DNA of 64,000 nucleotides, from NCBI GenBank assembly GCA_964016885.1, contig OZ024745.1, forward strand, positions 10,106,001-10,170,000, written 5' to 3'. The position numbers were made by a program, and so were the translations under genes. The stretch comes from Eledone cirrhosa. Lineage: Eukaryota. The notes beneath the pieces were generated by a model. It ran no database searches and had not been told where the DNA came from. It saw only the letters and a program-made list of their open reading frames with translations. Shown here piece by piece: positions 14,901 to 29,606 of the stretch (position 1 is its first letter; every line of letters starts with the position of its first letter).

Positions 14901-17900
14901 ATTCTAACCCTTTAGTTACCAACCCAGCTTTGGTTCTATTAAATAAAACCAGCTATTCTAACCCTTTAGTTACCAACCCAGCTTTGGTTCTATTAAATAA
15001 AACCAGCTATTCTAACCCTTTAGTTACCAACCCAGCTTTGGTTCTATTAAATAAAACCACCTATTCTAACCCTTTAGTTACCAACCCAGCTTTGGTTCTA
15101 TTAAATAAAACCAGCTATTCTAACCCTTTAGTTACCAACCCAGCTTTGGTTCTATTAAATAAAACCAGCTATTCTAACCCTTTAGTTACCAACCTAGCTT
15201 TGGTTCTATTAAATAAAACCAGCTATTCTAACCCTTTAGTTACCAACCCAGCTTTGGTTCTATTAAATAAAACCAGCTATTCTAACCCTTTAGTTACCAA
15301 CCCAGCTTTGGTTCTATTAAATAAAACCACCTATTCTAACCCTTTAGTTACCAACCCAGCTTTGGTTCTATTAAATAAAACCAGCTATTCTAACCCTTTA
15401 GTTACCAACCCAGCTTTGGTTCTATTAAATAAAACCAGCTATTCTAACCCTTTAGTTACCAACCCAGCTTTGGTTCTATTAAATAAAACCAGCTATTCTA
15501 ACCCTTTAGTTACCATCCCAGCTCTGGTTCTATTAAATAAAACCAGCTATTCTAACCCTTTAGTTACCATCCCAGCTTTGGTTCTATTAAATAAAACCAC
15601 CTATTCTAACCCTTTAGTTACCATCCCAGCTCTGGTTCTATTAAATAAAACCAGCTATTCTAACCCTTTAGTTACCAACCCAGCTTTGGTTCTATTAAAT
15701 AAAACCAGCTATTCTAACCCTTTAGTTACCAACCCAGCTTTGGTTCTATTAAATAAAACCAGCTATTCTAACCCTTTAGTTACCATCCCAGCTCTGGTTC
15801 TATTAAATAAAACCACCTATTCTAACCCTTTAGTTACCATCCCAGCTTTGGTCCTATTAAATAAAACCAGCTATTCTAACCCTTTAGTTACCAACCCAGC
15901 TTTGGTTCTATTAAATAAAACCAGCTATTCTAACCCTTTAGTTACCATCCCAGCTTTGGTTCTATTAAATAAAACCACCTATTCTAACCCTTTAGTTACC
16001 AACCCAGCTTTGGTTCTATTAAATAAAACCAGCTATTCTAACCCTTTAGTTACCAACCCAGCTTTGGTTCTATTAAATAAAACCAGCTATTCTAACCCTT
16101 TAGTTACCAACCCAGTTTTGGTTCTATTAAATAAAACCAGCTATTCTAACCCTTTAGTTACCAACCCAGCTTTGGTTCTATTAAATAAAACCAGCTATTC
16201 TAACACTTTAGTTACCAACCCAGCTTTGGTTCTATTAAATAAAACCAGCTATTCTAACCCTTTAGTTACCAACCCAGCTTTGGTTCTATTAAATAAAACC
16301 AGCTATTCTAACCCTTTAGTTACCAACCCAGCTTTGGTTCTATTAAATAAAACCAGCTATTCTAACCCTTTAGTTACCAACCCAGCTTTGGTTCTATTAA
16401 ATAAAACCAGCTATTCTAACCCTTTAGTTACCAACCCAGCTTTGGTTCTATTAAATAAAACCACCTATTCTAACCCTTTAGTTACCAACCCAGCTTTGGT
16501 TCTATTAAATAAAACCAGCTATTCTAACCCTTTAGTTACCAACCCAGCTTTGGTTCTATTAAATAAAACAGCTATTCTAACCCTTTAGTTACCAAACCAG
16601 CTTTGGTTCTATTAAATAAAACCAGCTATTCTAACCCCTTAGTTACCAACCCAGCTTTGGTTCTATTAAATAAAACCAGCTATTCTAACCCTTTAGTTAC
16701 CAACCCAGCTTTGGTTCTATTAAATAAAACCAGCTATTCTAACCCTTTAGTTACCAACCCAGCTTTGGTTCTATTAAATAAAACCAGCTATTCTAACCCT
16801 TTAGTTAACAACCCAGCTTTGGTTCTATTAAATAAAACCAGCTATTCTAACCTTTAGTTACCAACCCAGCTTTGGTTCTATTAAATAAAACCAGCTATTC
16901 TAACCCTTTAGTTACCAACCCAGCTTTGGTTCTATTAAATAAAACCAGCTATTCTAACACTTTAGTTACCAACCCAGCTTTGGTTCTATTAAATAAAACC
17001 AGCTATTCTAACCCTTTAGTTACCAACCCAGCTTTGGTTCTATTAAATAAAACCAGCCTATTCTAACCCTTTAGTTACCAACCCAGCTTTGGTTCTATTA
17101 AATAAAACCAGCTATTCTAACCCTTTAGTTACCAACCCAGCTTTGGTTCTATTAAATAAAACCAGCTATTCTAACCCTTTAGTTACCAACCCCAGCTTTG
17201 GTTCTATTAAATAAAACCAGCTATTCTAACCCTTTAGTTACCAACCCAGCTTTGGTTCTATTAAATAAAACCAGCTATTCTAACCCTTTAGTTACCAACC
17301 CAGCTTTGGTTCTATTAAATAAAACCAGCTATTCTAACCCTTTAGTTACCAATCCCAGCTTTGGTTCTATTAAATAAAACCACCTATTCTAACCCTTTAG
17401 TTACCAACCCAGCTTTGGTTCTATTAAATAAAACCAGCTATTCTAACCCTTTAGTTACCAACCCAACTTTGGTTCTATTAAATAAAACCACCTATTCTAA
17501 CCCTTTAGTTACCAACCCAGCTTTGGTTCTATTAAATAAAACCAGCTATTCTAACCCTTTAGTTAGCAATCCCAGCTTTGTTTCTATTAAATAAAACCAG
17601 CTATTCTAACCCTTTAGTTACCAACCCAGCTTTGGTTCTATTAAATAAAACCAGCTATTCTAACCCTTTAGTTACCATCCCAGCTTTGGTTCTATTAAAT
17701 AAAACCAGCTATTCTAACCCTTTAGTTACCAACCCAGCTTTGGTTCTATTAAATAAAACCAGCTATTCTAACCCTTTAGTTACCATCCCAGCTTTGGTTC
17801 TATTAAATAAAACCAGCTATTCTAACCCTTTAGTTACCAACCCAGCTTTGGTTCTATTAAATAAAACCAGCTATTCTAACCCTTTAGTTACCAACCCAGC

Positions 17901-20900
17901 TTTGGTTCTATTAAATAAAACCACCTATTCTAACCCTTTAGTTACCAACCCAGCTTTGGTTCTATTAAATAAAACCAGCTATTCTAACCCTTTAGTTACC
18001 AACCCAGCTTTGGTTCTATTAAATAAAACCAGCTATTCTAACCCTTTAGTTACCAACCCAGCTTTGGTTCTATTAAATAAAACCAGCTATTCTAACCCTT
18101 TAGTTACCAACCCAGCTTTGGTTCTATTAAATAAAACCAGCTATTCTAACCCTTTAGTTACCAACCCAGCTTTGGTTCTATTAAATAAAACCAGCTATTC
18201 TAACCCTTTAGTTACCAACCCAGCTTTGGNNNNNNNNNNNNNNNNNNNNNNNNNNNNNNNNNNNNNNNNNNNNNNNNNNNNNNNNNNNNNNNNNNNNNNN
18301 NNNNNNNNNNNNNNNNNNNNNNNNNNNNNNNNNNNNNNNNNNNNNNNNNNNNNNNNNNNNNNNNNNNNNNNNNNNNNNNNNNNNNNNNNNNNNNNNNNNN
18401 NNNNNNNNNNNNNNNNNNNNNNNNNNNNNAAAACCACCTATTCTAACCCTTTAGTTACCAACCCAGCTTTGGTTCTATTAAATAAAACCAGCTATTCTAA
18501 CCCTTTAGTTACCAACCCAGCTTTGGTTCTATTAAATAAAACCAGCTTTGGTTCTATTAAATAAAACCAGCTATTCTAACCCTTTAGTTACCAACCCAGC
18601 TTTGGTTCTATTAAATAAAACCAGCTATTCTAACCCTTTAGTTACCAACCCAGCTTTGGTTCTATTAAATAAAACCAGCTATTCTAACACCTTAGTTACC
18701 AACCCAGCTTTGGTTCTATTAAATAAAACCACCTATTCTAACCCTTTAGTTACCAACCCAGCTTTGGTTCTATTAAATAAAACCAGCTATTCTAACCCTT
18801 TAGTTACCAACCAAGCTTTGGTTCTATTAAATAAAACCAGCTATTCTAACCCTTTAGTTACGAACCCAGCTTTGGTTCTATTAAATAAAACCAGCTATTC
18901 TAACCCTTTAGTTACCATCCCAGCTTTGGTTCTATTAAATAAAACCACCTATTCTAACCCTTTAGTTACCAACCCAGCTTTGGTTCTATTAAATAAAACC
19001 AGCTATTCTAACCCATTAGTTACCAACCCAGCTTTGGTTCTATTAGATAAAACCAGCTTTGGTTCTATTAAATAAAACCAGCTATTCTAACCCTTTAGTT
19101 ACCAACCCAGCTTTGGTTCTATTAAATAAAACCAGCTATTCTAACCCTTTAGTTACCAACCCAGCTTTGGTTCTATTAAATAAAACCAGCTATTCTAACC
19201 CTTTAGTTACCAACCCAGCTTTGGTTCTATTAAATAAAACCAGCTATTCTAACACCTTAGTTACCAACCCAGCTTTGGTTCTATTAAATAAAACCACCTA
19301 TTCTAACCCTTTAGTTACCAACCCAGCTTTGGTTCTATTAAATAAAACCAGCTATTCTAACCCTTTAGTTACCAACCCAGCTTTGGTTCTATTAAATAAA
19401 ACCAGCTATTCTAACCCTTTAGTTACCAACCCAGCTTTGGTTCTATTAAATAAAACCAGCTATTCTAACCCTTTAGTTACCAACCCAACTTTGGTTCTAT
19501 TAAATAAAACCACCTATTCTAACCCTTTAGTTACGAACCCAGCTTTGGTTCTATTAAATAAAACCAGCTATTCTAACCCTTTAGTTACCATCCCAGCTTT
19601 GATTCTATTAAATAAAACCAGCTATTCTAACCCTTTAGTTACCAACCCAGCTTTGGTTCTATTAAATAAAACCAGCTATTCTAACCCTTTAGTTACCAAC
19701 CCAGCTTTGGTTCTATTAAATAAAACCAGCTATTCTAACCCTTTAGTTACCAACCCAGCTTTGGTTCTATTAAATAAAACCAGCTATTCTAACCCTTTAG
19801 TTACCAACCCAGCTTTGGTTCTATTAAATAAAACCAGCTATTCTAACCCATTAGTTACCATCCCAGCTTTGATTCTATTAAATAAAACCAGCTATTCTAA
19901 CCCTTTAGTTACCAACCCAGCTTTGGTTCTATTAAATAAAACCAGCTATTCTAACCCTTTAGTTACCAACCCAGCTTTGGTTCTATTAAATAAAACCAGC
20001 TATTCTAACCCTTTAGTTACCAACCCAGCTTTGGTTCTATTAAATAAAACCACCTATTCTAACCCTTTAGTTAACAACCCAGCTTTGGTTCTATTAAATA
20101 AAACCAGCTATTCTAACCCTTTAGTTAACAACCCAGCTTTGGTTCTATTAAATAAAACCAGCTATTCTAACCCTTTAGTTACCAACTCCGCTTTGGTTCT
20201 ATTAAATAAAACCAGCTATTCTAACCCTTTAGTTACCAACCCAGCTTTGGTTCTATTAAATAAAACCAGCTATTCTAACCCTTTAGTTATCATCCCAGCT
20301 TTGGTTCTATTAAATAAAACCAGCTATTCTAACCCTTTAGTTACCAACCCAGCTTTGGTTCTATTAAATAAAACCAGCTATTCTAACCCTTTAGTTACCA
20401 ACCCAACTTTGGTTCTATTAAATAAAACCAGCTATTCTAACCCTTTAGTTACCAACCCAGCTTTGGTTCTATTAAATAAAACCACCTATTCTAACCCTTT
20501 AGTTACCAACCCAGCTTTGGTTCTATTAAATAAAACCAGCTATTCTAACCCTTTAGTTACCATCCCAGCTTTGGTTCTATTAAATAAAACCACCTATTCT
20601 AACCCTTTAGTTACCAACCCAGCTTTGGTTCTATTAAATAAAACCAGCTATTCTAACCCTTTAGTTACCAACTCAGCTTTGGTTCTATTAAATAAAACCA
20701 TCTATTCTAACCCTTTAGTTACCATCCCAGCTTTGGTTCTATTAAATAAAACCACCTATTCTAACCCTTTAGTTACCAACCCAGCTTTGGTTCTATTAAA
20801 TAAAACCAGCTATTCTAACCCTTTAGTTACCAACCCAGCTTTGGTTCTATTAAATAAAACCACCTATTCTAACCCTTTAGTTACCAACCCAGCTTTGGTT

Positions 20901-23900
20901 CTATTAAATAAAACCAGCTCTTCTAACCCTTTAGTTACCAACCCAGCTTTGGTTCTATTAAATAAAACCAGCTATTCTAACCCTTTAGTTACCAACCCAG
21001 CTTTGGTTCTATTAAATAAAACCAGCTATTCTAACCCTTTAGTTACCAACCCAGCTTTGGTTCTATTAAATAAAACAAGCTATTCTAACCCTTTAGTTAC
21101 CAACCCAGCTTTGGTTCTATTAAATAAAACCAGCTATTCTAACCCTTTAGTTACCAACCCAGCTTTGGTTCTATTAAATAAAACCAGCTATTCTAACCCT
21201 TTAGTTACCAACCCAGCTTTGGTTCTATTAAATAAAACCAGCTATTCTAACCCTTTAGTTACCAACCCAGCTTTGGTTCTATTAAATAAAACCAGCTATT
21301 CTAACCCTTTAGTTACCAACCCAGCTTTGGTTCTATTAAATAAAACCAGCTATTCTAACCCTTTAGTTACCATCCCAGCTTTGATTCTATTAAATAAAAC
21401 CAGCTATTCTAACCCTTTAGTTACCAACCCAGCTTTGGTTCTATTAAATAAAACCAGCTATTCTAACCCTTTAGTTACCAACCCAGCTTTGGTTCTATTA
21501 AATAAAACCAGCTATTCTAACCCTTTAGTTACCAACCCAGCTTTGGTTCCATTAAATAAAACCACCTATTCTAACCCTTTAGTTACCATCCCAACTTTGG
21601 TTCTATTAAATAAAACCAGCTATTCTAACCCTTTAGTTACCAACCCAGCTTTGGTTCTATTAAATAAAACCAGCTATTCTAACCCTTTAGTTACCAACCC
21701 AGCTTTGGTTCTATTAAATAAAACCAGCTATTCTAACCCTTTAGTTACCAACCCAGCTTTGGTTCTATTAAATAAAACCACCTATTCTAACCCTTTAATT
21801 ACCATCCCAACTTTGGTTCTATTAAATAAAACCAGCTATTCTAACCCTTTAGTTACCAACCCAGCTTTGGTTCTATTAAATAAAACCAGCTATTCTAACC
21901 CTTTAGTTACCAACACAGCTTTGGTTCTATTAAATAAAACCAGCTATTCTAACCCTTTAGTTACCAACCCAGCTTTGGTTCTATTAAATAAAACCAGCTA
22001 TTCTAACCCTTTAGTTACCAACCCAGCTTTGGTTCTATTAAATAAAACCAGCTATTCTAACCCTTTAGTTACCAACCCAGCTTTGGTTCTATTAAATAAA
22101 ACCAGCTATACTAACCCTTAATTACCAACCCAGCTTTGGTTCTATTAAATAAAACCAGCTATTCTAACCCTCTAGTTACCAACCCAGCTTTGGTTCTATT
22201 AAATAAAACCAGCTATTCTAACCCTTTAGTTACCAACCCAGCTTTGGTTCTATTAAATAAAACCACCTATTCTAACCCTTTAGTTACCAACCCAGCTTTG
22301 GTTCTATTAAATAAAACCACCTATTCTAACCCTTTAGTTACCAACCCAGCTTTGGTCCTATTAAATAAAACCACCTATTCTAATCCTTTAGTTACCAACC
22401 CAGCTTTGGTTCTATTAAATAAAACCACCTATTCTAACCCTTTAGTTACCAACCCAGCTTTGGTTCTATTAAATAAAACCAGCTATTCTAACCCTTTAGT
22501 TACCAACCCAGCTTTGGTTCTATTAAATAAAACCAGCTATTCTAACCCTTTAGTTACCAACCCAGCTTTGGTTCTATTAAATAAAACCAGCTATTCTAAC
22601 CCTTTAGTTACCAACCCAGCTTTGGTTCTATTAAATAAAACCAGCTATTCTAACCCTTTAGTTACCAACCCAGCTTTGGTTCTATTAAATAAAACCACCT
22701 ATTCTAACCCTTTAGTTACCAACCCAGCTTTGGTTCTATTAAATAAAACCAGCTATTCTAACCCTTTAGTTACCAACCCAGCTTTCGTTCTATTAAATAA
22801 AACCACCTATTCTAACCCTTTAGTTACCAACCCAGCTTTGGTTCTATTAAATAAAACCAGCTATTCTAATCCTTTAGTTACCAACCCAGCTTTGGTTCTA
22901 TTAAATAAAACCAGCTATTCTAACCCTTTAGTTACCAACCCAGCTTTGGTTCTATTAAATAAAACCAGCTATTCTAACCCTTTAGTTACCAACCCAGCTT
23001 TGGTTCTATTAAATAAAACCAGCTATTCTAACCCTTTAGTTACCAACCCAGCTTTGGTTCTATTAAATAAAACCAGCTATTCTAACCCTTTAGTTACCAA
23101 CCCAGCTTTGGTTCTATTAAATAAAACCACCTATTCTAACCCTTTAGTTACCAACCCAGCTTTGGTTCTATTAAATATAACCAGCTATTCTAACCCTTTA
23201 GTTACCAACCCAGCTTTGGTTCTATTAAATAAAACCAGCTATTCTAACCCTTTAGTTACCAACCCAGCTTTGGTTCTATTAAATAAAACCAGCTATTCTA
23301 ACCCTTTAGTTACCATCCCAGCTTTGGTTCTATTAAATAAAACCAGCTATTCTAACCCTTTAGTTACCAACCCAGCTTTGGTTCTGTTAAATAAAACCAG
23401 CTATTCTAACCCTTTAGTTACCAACCCAGCTTTGGTTCTATTAAATAAAACCAGCTATTCTAACCGTCTAGTTACCAACCCAGCTTTGGTTCTATTAAAT
23501 AAAACCAGCTATTCTAACCGTTTAGTTACCAACCCAGCTTTGGTTCTATTAAATAAAACCAGCTATTCTAACCCTTTAGTTACCAACCCAGCTTTGGTTC
23601 TATTAAATAAAATCAGCTATTCTAACCCTTTAGTTACCAACCCAGCTTTGGTTCTATTAAATAAAACCACCTATTCTAACCCTTTAGTTACCAACCTAGC
23701 TTTGGTTCTATTAAATAAAACCAGCTATACTAACCCTTAATTACCAACCCAGCTTTGGTTCTATTAAATAAAACCAGCTATTCTAACCCTCTAGTTACCA
23801 ACCCAGCTTTGGTTCTATTAAATAAAACCAGCTATTCTAACCCTCTAGTTACCAACCCAGCTTTGGTTCTATTAAATAAAACCAGCTATTCTGACCCATT

Positions 23901-26900
23901 AGTTACCAACCCAGCTTTGGTTCTATTAAATAAAACCAGCTATTCTAACCCTTTAGTTACCAACCCAGCTTTGGTTCTATTAAATAAAACCAGCTATTCT
24001 AACCCTTTAGTTACCAACCCAGCTTTGGTTCTATTAAATAAAACCAGCTATTCTAACCCTTTAGTTACCAACCCAGCTTTGGTTCTATTAAATAAAACCA
24101 GCTATTCTAACCCTTTAGTTACCAACCCAGCTTTGGTTCTATTAAATAAAACCAGCTATTCTAACCCTTTAGTTACCAACCCAGCTTTGGTTCTATTAAA
24201 TAAAACCAGCTATTCTAACCCTTTAGTTACCAACCCAGCTTTGGTTCTATTAAATAAAACCAGCTATTCTAACCCTTTAGTTACCAACCCAGCTTTGGTT
24301 CTATTAAATAAAACCAGCTATTCTAACCCTTTAGTTACCAACCCAGCTTTGGTTCTATTAAATAAAACCAGCTATTCTAACCCTTTAGTTACCATCCCAG
24401 CTTTGGTTCTATTAAATAAAACCAGCTATTCTAACCCTTTAGTTACCAACCCAGCTTTGGTTCTATTAAATAAAACCACCTATTCTAACCTTTTAGTTAC
24501 CAACCCAGCTTTTGTTCTATTAAATAAAACCAGCTATTCTAACCCTTTAGTTACCAACCCAGCTTTGGTTCTATTAAATAAAACCAGCTATTCTAACCCT
24601 TTAGTTACCAACCCAGCTTTGGTTCTATTAAATAAAACCACCTATTCTAACCCTTTAGTTACCAACCCAGCTTTGGTTCTATTAAATAAAACCAGCTATT
24701 CTAACCCTTTAGTTACCATCCCAGCTTTGATTCTATTAAATAAAACCAGCTATTCTAACCCTTTAGTTACCAACCCAGCTTTGGTTCTATTAAATAAAAC
24801 CAGCTATTCTAACCCTTTAGTTACCAACCCAGCTTTGGTTCTATTAAATAAAACCAGCTATTCTAACCCTTTAGTTACCAACCCAGCTTTGGTTCTATTA
24901 AATAAAACCAGCTATTCTAACCCTTTAGTTACCAACCCAGCTTTGGTTCTATTAAATAAAACCAGCTATTCTAACCCTTTAGTTACCAACCCAGCTTTGG
25001 TTCTATTAAATAAAACCAGCTATTCTAACCCTTTAGTTACCAACCCAGCTTTGGTTCTATTAAATAAAACCACCTTTTCTAACCCTTTAGTTACCATCCC
25101 AGCTTTGGTTCTATTAAATAAAACCAGCTATTCTAACCCTTTAGTTACCAACCCAGCTTTGGTTCTATTAAATAAAACCAGCTATTCTAACCCTTTAGTT
25201 ACCAACCCAGCTTTGGTTCTATTAAATAAAACCAGCTATTCTAACCCTTTAGTTACCAACCCAGCTTTGGTTCTATTAAATAAAACCAGCTATTCTAACC
25301 CTTTAGTTACCAACCCAGCTTTGGTTCTATTAAATAAAACCAGCTATTCTAACCCTTTAGTTACCAACCCAGCTTTGGTTCTATTAAATAAAACCAGCTA
25401 TTCTAACCCTTTAGTTACCAACCCAGCTTTGGTTCTATTAAATAAAACCAGCTATTCTAACCCTTTAGTTACCAACCCAGCTTTGGTTCTATTAAATAAA
25501 ACCAGCTATTCTAACCCTTTAGTTACCAACCCAGCTTTGGTTCTATTAAATAAAACCAGCTATACTAACCCTTAATTACCAACCCAGCTTTGGTTCTATT
25601 AAATAAAACCAGCTATTCTAACCCTCTAGTTACCAACCCAGCTTTGGTTCTATTAAATAAAACCACCTATTCTAACCCTTTAGTTACCAACCCAGCTTTG
25701 GTTCTATTAAATAAAACCACCTATTCTAACCCTCTAGTTACCAACCCAGCTTTGGTTCTATTAAATAAAACCACCTATTCTAACCCTTTAGTTACCAACC
25801 CAGCTTTGGTTCTATTAAATAAAACCAGCTATACTAACCCTTAATTACCAACCCAGCTTTGGTTCTATTAAATAAAACCAGCTATTCTAACCCTCTAGTT
25901 ACCAACCCAGCTTTGGTTCTATTAAATAAAACCAGCTATTCTAACCCTCTAGTTACCAACCCAGCTTTGGTTCTATTAAATAAAACCAGCTATTCTGACC
26001 CATTAGTTACCAACCCAGCTTTGGTTCTATTAAATAAAACCAGCTATTCTAACCCTTTAGTTACCAACCCAGCTTTGGTTCTATTAAATAAAACCAGCTA
26101 TTCTAACCCTTTAGTTACCAACCCAGCTTTGGTTCTATTAAATAAAACCAGCTATTCTAACCCTTTAGTTACCAACCCAGCTTTGGTTCTATTAAATAAA
26201 ACCAGCTATTCTAACCCTTTAGTTACCAACCCAGCTTTGGTTCTATTAAATAAAACCAGCTATTCTAACCCTTTAGTTACCAACCCAGCTTTGGTTCTAT
26301 TAAATAAAACCAGCTATTCTAACCCTTTAGTTACCAACCCAGCTTTGGTTCTATTAAATAAAACCAGCTATTCTAACCCTTTAGTTACCAACCCAGCTTT
26401 GGTTCTATTAAATAAAACCAGCTATTCTAACCCTTTAGTTACCAACCCAGCTTTGGTTCTATTAAATAAAACCAGCTATTCTAACCCTTTAGTTACCATC
26501 CCAGCTTTGGTTCTATTAAATAAAACCACCTATTCTAACCCTTTAGTTACCAACCCAGCTTTGGTTCTATTAAATAAAACCACCTATTCTAACCTTTTAG
26601 TTACCAACCCAGCTTTTGTTCTATTAAATAAAACCAGCTATTCTAACCCTTTAGTTACCAACCCAGCTTTGGTTCTATTAAATAAAACCAGCTATTCTAA
26701 CCCTTTAGTTACCAACCCAGCTTTGGTTCTATTAAATAAAACCACCTATTCTAACCCTTTAGTTACCAACCCAGCTTTGGTTCTATTAAATAAAACCAGC
26801 TATTCTAACCCTTTAGTTACCATCCCAGCTTTGATTCTATTAAATAAAACCAGCTATTCTAACCCTTTAGTTACCAACCCAGCTTTGGTTCTATTAAATA

Positions 26901-29606
26901 AAACCAGCTATTCTAACCCTTTAGTTACCAACCCAGCTTTGGTTCTATTAAATAAAACCAGCTATTCTAACCCTTTAGTTACCAACCCAGCTTTGGTTCT
27001 ATTAAATAAAACCAGCTATTCTAACCCTTTAGTTACCAACCCAGCTTTGGTTCTATTAAATAAAACCAGCTATTCTAACCCTTTAGTTACCAACCCAGCT
27101 TTGGTTCTATTAAATAAAACCAGCTATTCTAACCCTTTAGTTACCAACCCAGCTTTGGTTCTATTAAATAAAACCACCTATTCTAACCCTTTAGTTACCA
27201 TCCCAGCTTTGGTTCTATTAAATAAAACCAGCTATTCTAACCCTTTAGTTACCAACCCAGCTTTGGTTCTATTAAATAAAACGAGCTATTCTAACCCTTT
27301 AGTTACCAACCCAGCTTCGGTTCTATTAAATAAAACCAGCTATTCTAACCCTTTAGTTACCAACCCAGCTTTGGTTCTATTAAATAAAACCAGCTATTCT
27401 AACCCTTTAGTTACCAACCCAGCTTTGGTTCTATTAAATAAAACCAGCTATTCTAACCCTTTAGTTACCAACCCAGCTTTGGTTCTATTAAATAAAACCA
27501 GCTATTCTAACCCTTTAGTTACCAACCCAGCTTTGGTTCTATTAAATAAAACCAGCTATTCTAACCCTTTAGTTACCATCCCAGCTTTGGTTCTATTAAA
27601 TAAAACCACCTATTCTAACCCTTTAGTTACCAACCCAGCTTTGGTTCTATTAAATAAAACCAGCTATTCTAACCCTTTAGTTACCAACCCAGCTTTGGTT
27701 CTATTAAATAAAACCAGCTATTCTAACCCTTTAGTTACCAACCCAGCTTTGGTTCTATTAAATAAAACCAGCTATTCTAACCCTTTAGTTACCAACCCAG
27801 CTTTGGTTCTATTAAATAAAACCAGCTATTCTAACCCTTTAGTTACCAACCCAGCTTTGGTTCTATTAAATAAAACCAGCTATACTAACCCTTAATTACC
27901 AACCCAGCTTTGGTTCTATTAAATAAAACCAGCTATTCTAACCCTCTAGTTACCAACCCAGCTTTGGTTCTATTAAATAAAACCACCTATTCTAACCCTT
28001 TAGTTACCAACCCAGCTTTGGTTCTATTAAATAAAACCACCTATTCTAACCCTCTAGTTACCAACCCAGCTTTGGTTCTATTAAATAAAACCAGCTATTC
28101 TAACCCTTTAGTTACCAACCCAGCTTTGGTTCTATTAAATAAAACCAGCTATTCTAACCCTTTAGTTACCAACCCAGCTTTGGTTCTATTAAATAAAACC
28201 AGCTATTCTAACCCTTTAGTTACCAACCCAGCTTTGGTTCTATTAAATAAAACCAGCTATTCTAACCCTTTAGTTACCAACCCAGCTTTGGTTCCATTAA
28301 ATAAAACCACCTATTCTAACCCTTTAGTTACCATCCCAACTTTGGTTCTATTAAATAAAACCAGCTATTCTAACCCTTTAGTTACCAACCCAGCTTTGGT
28401 TCTATTAAATAAAACCAGCTATTCTAACCCTTTAGTTACCAACCCAGCTTTGGTTCTATTAAATAAAACCAGCTATTCTAACCCTTTAGTTACCATCCCA
28501 GCTTTGGTTCTATTAAATAAAACCAGCTATTCTAACCCTTTAGTTACCAACCCAGCTTTGGTTCTATTAAATAAAACCAGCTATTCTAACCCTTTAGTTA
28601 CCAACCCAGCTTTGGTTCTATTAAATAAAACCAGCTATTCTAACCCTTTAGTTACCAACCCAGCTTTGGTTCTATTAAATAAAACCAGCTATTCTAACCC
28701 TTTAGTTACCAACCCAGCTTTGGTTCTATTAAATAAAACCAGCTATTCTAACCCTTTAGTTACCAACCCAGCTTTGGTTCTATTAAATAAAACCAGCTAT
28801 ACTAACCCTTAATTACCAACCCAGCTTTGGTTCTATTAAATAAAACCAGCTATTCTAACCCTCTAGTTACCAACCCAGCTTTGGTTCTATTAAATAAAAC
28901 CACCTATTCTAACCCTTTAGTTACCAACCCAGCTTTGGTTCTATTAAATAAAACCACCTATTCTAACCCTCTAGTTACCAACCCAGCTTTGGTTCTATTA
29001 AATAAAACCAGCTATTCTAACCCTTTAGTTACCAACCCAGCTTTGGTTCTATTAAATAAAACCAGCTATTCTAACCCTTTAGTTACCAACCCAGCTTTGG
29101 TTCTATTAAATAAAACCAGCTATTCTAACCCTTTAGTTACCAACCCAGCTTTGGTTCTATTAAATAAAACCACCTATTCTAACCCTTTAGTTACCAACCC
29201 AGCTTTGGTTCTATTAAATAAAACCAGCTATTCTAACCCTTTAGTTACCAACCCAGCTTTGGTTCTATTAAATAAAACCAGCTATTCTAACCCTTTAGTT
29301 ACCAACCCAGCTTTGGTTCTATTAAATAAAACCACCTATTCTAACCCTTTAGTTACCAACCCAGCTTTGGTTCTATTAAATAAAACCAGCTATTCTAACC
29401 CTTTAGTTACCAACCCAGCTTTGGTTCTATTAAATAAAACCACCTATTCTAACCCTTTAGTTACCAACCCAGCTTTGGTTCTATTAAATAAAACCACCTA
29501 TTCTAACCCTTTAGTTACCAACCCAGCTTTGGTTCTATTAAATAAAACCACTTATTCTAACCCTTTAGTTACCAACCCAGCTCTGGTTCTATTAAATAAA
29601 ACCAGC
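5984..29606. repeat. 54-bp satellite (taaccctttagttaccaacccagctttggttctattaaataaaaccagctattc), roughly 430+ copies, interrupted by an assembly gap
   Basis: Direct periodicity; 18-aa repeat in the ORF track. Confidence 0.99.
18230..18429. other. 200-N scaffold gap inside the 54-bp satellite
   Basis: Run of N; the round size suggests a placeholder of unknown true length. Confidence 0.99.

Noticed and set aside
16560-17600. Cluster of 1-bp indels in the satellite
   Set aside because: Mostly homopolymer changes near the contig end before the gap; likely low-coverage consensus errors.
5984-29606. Telomeric CTAACCCT motif in each monomer
   Set aside because: Only a single hexamer per unit, explained by the MITE TIR (TTAACCCTTT); no (TTAGGG)n tract.
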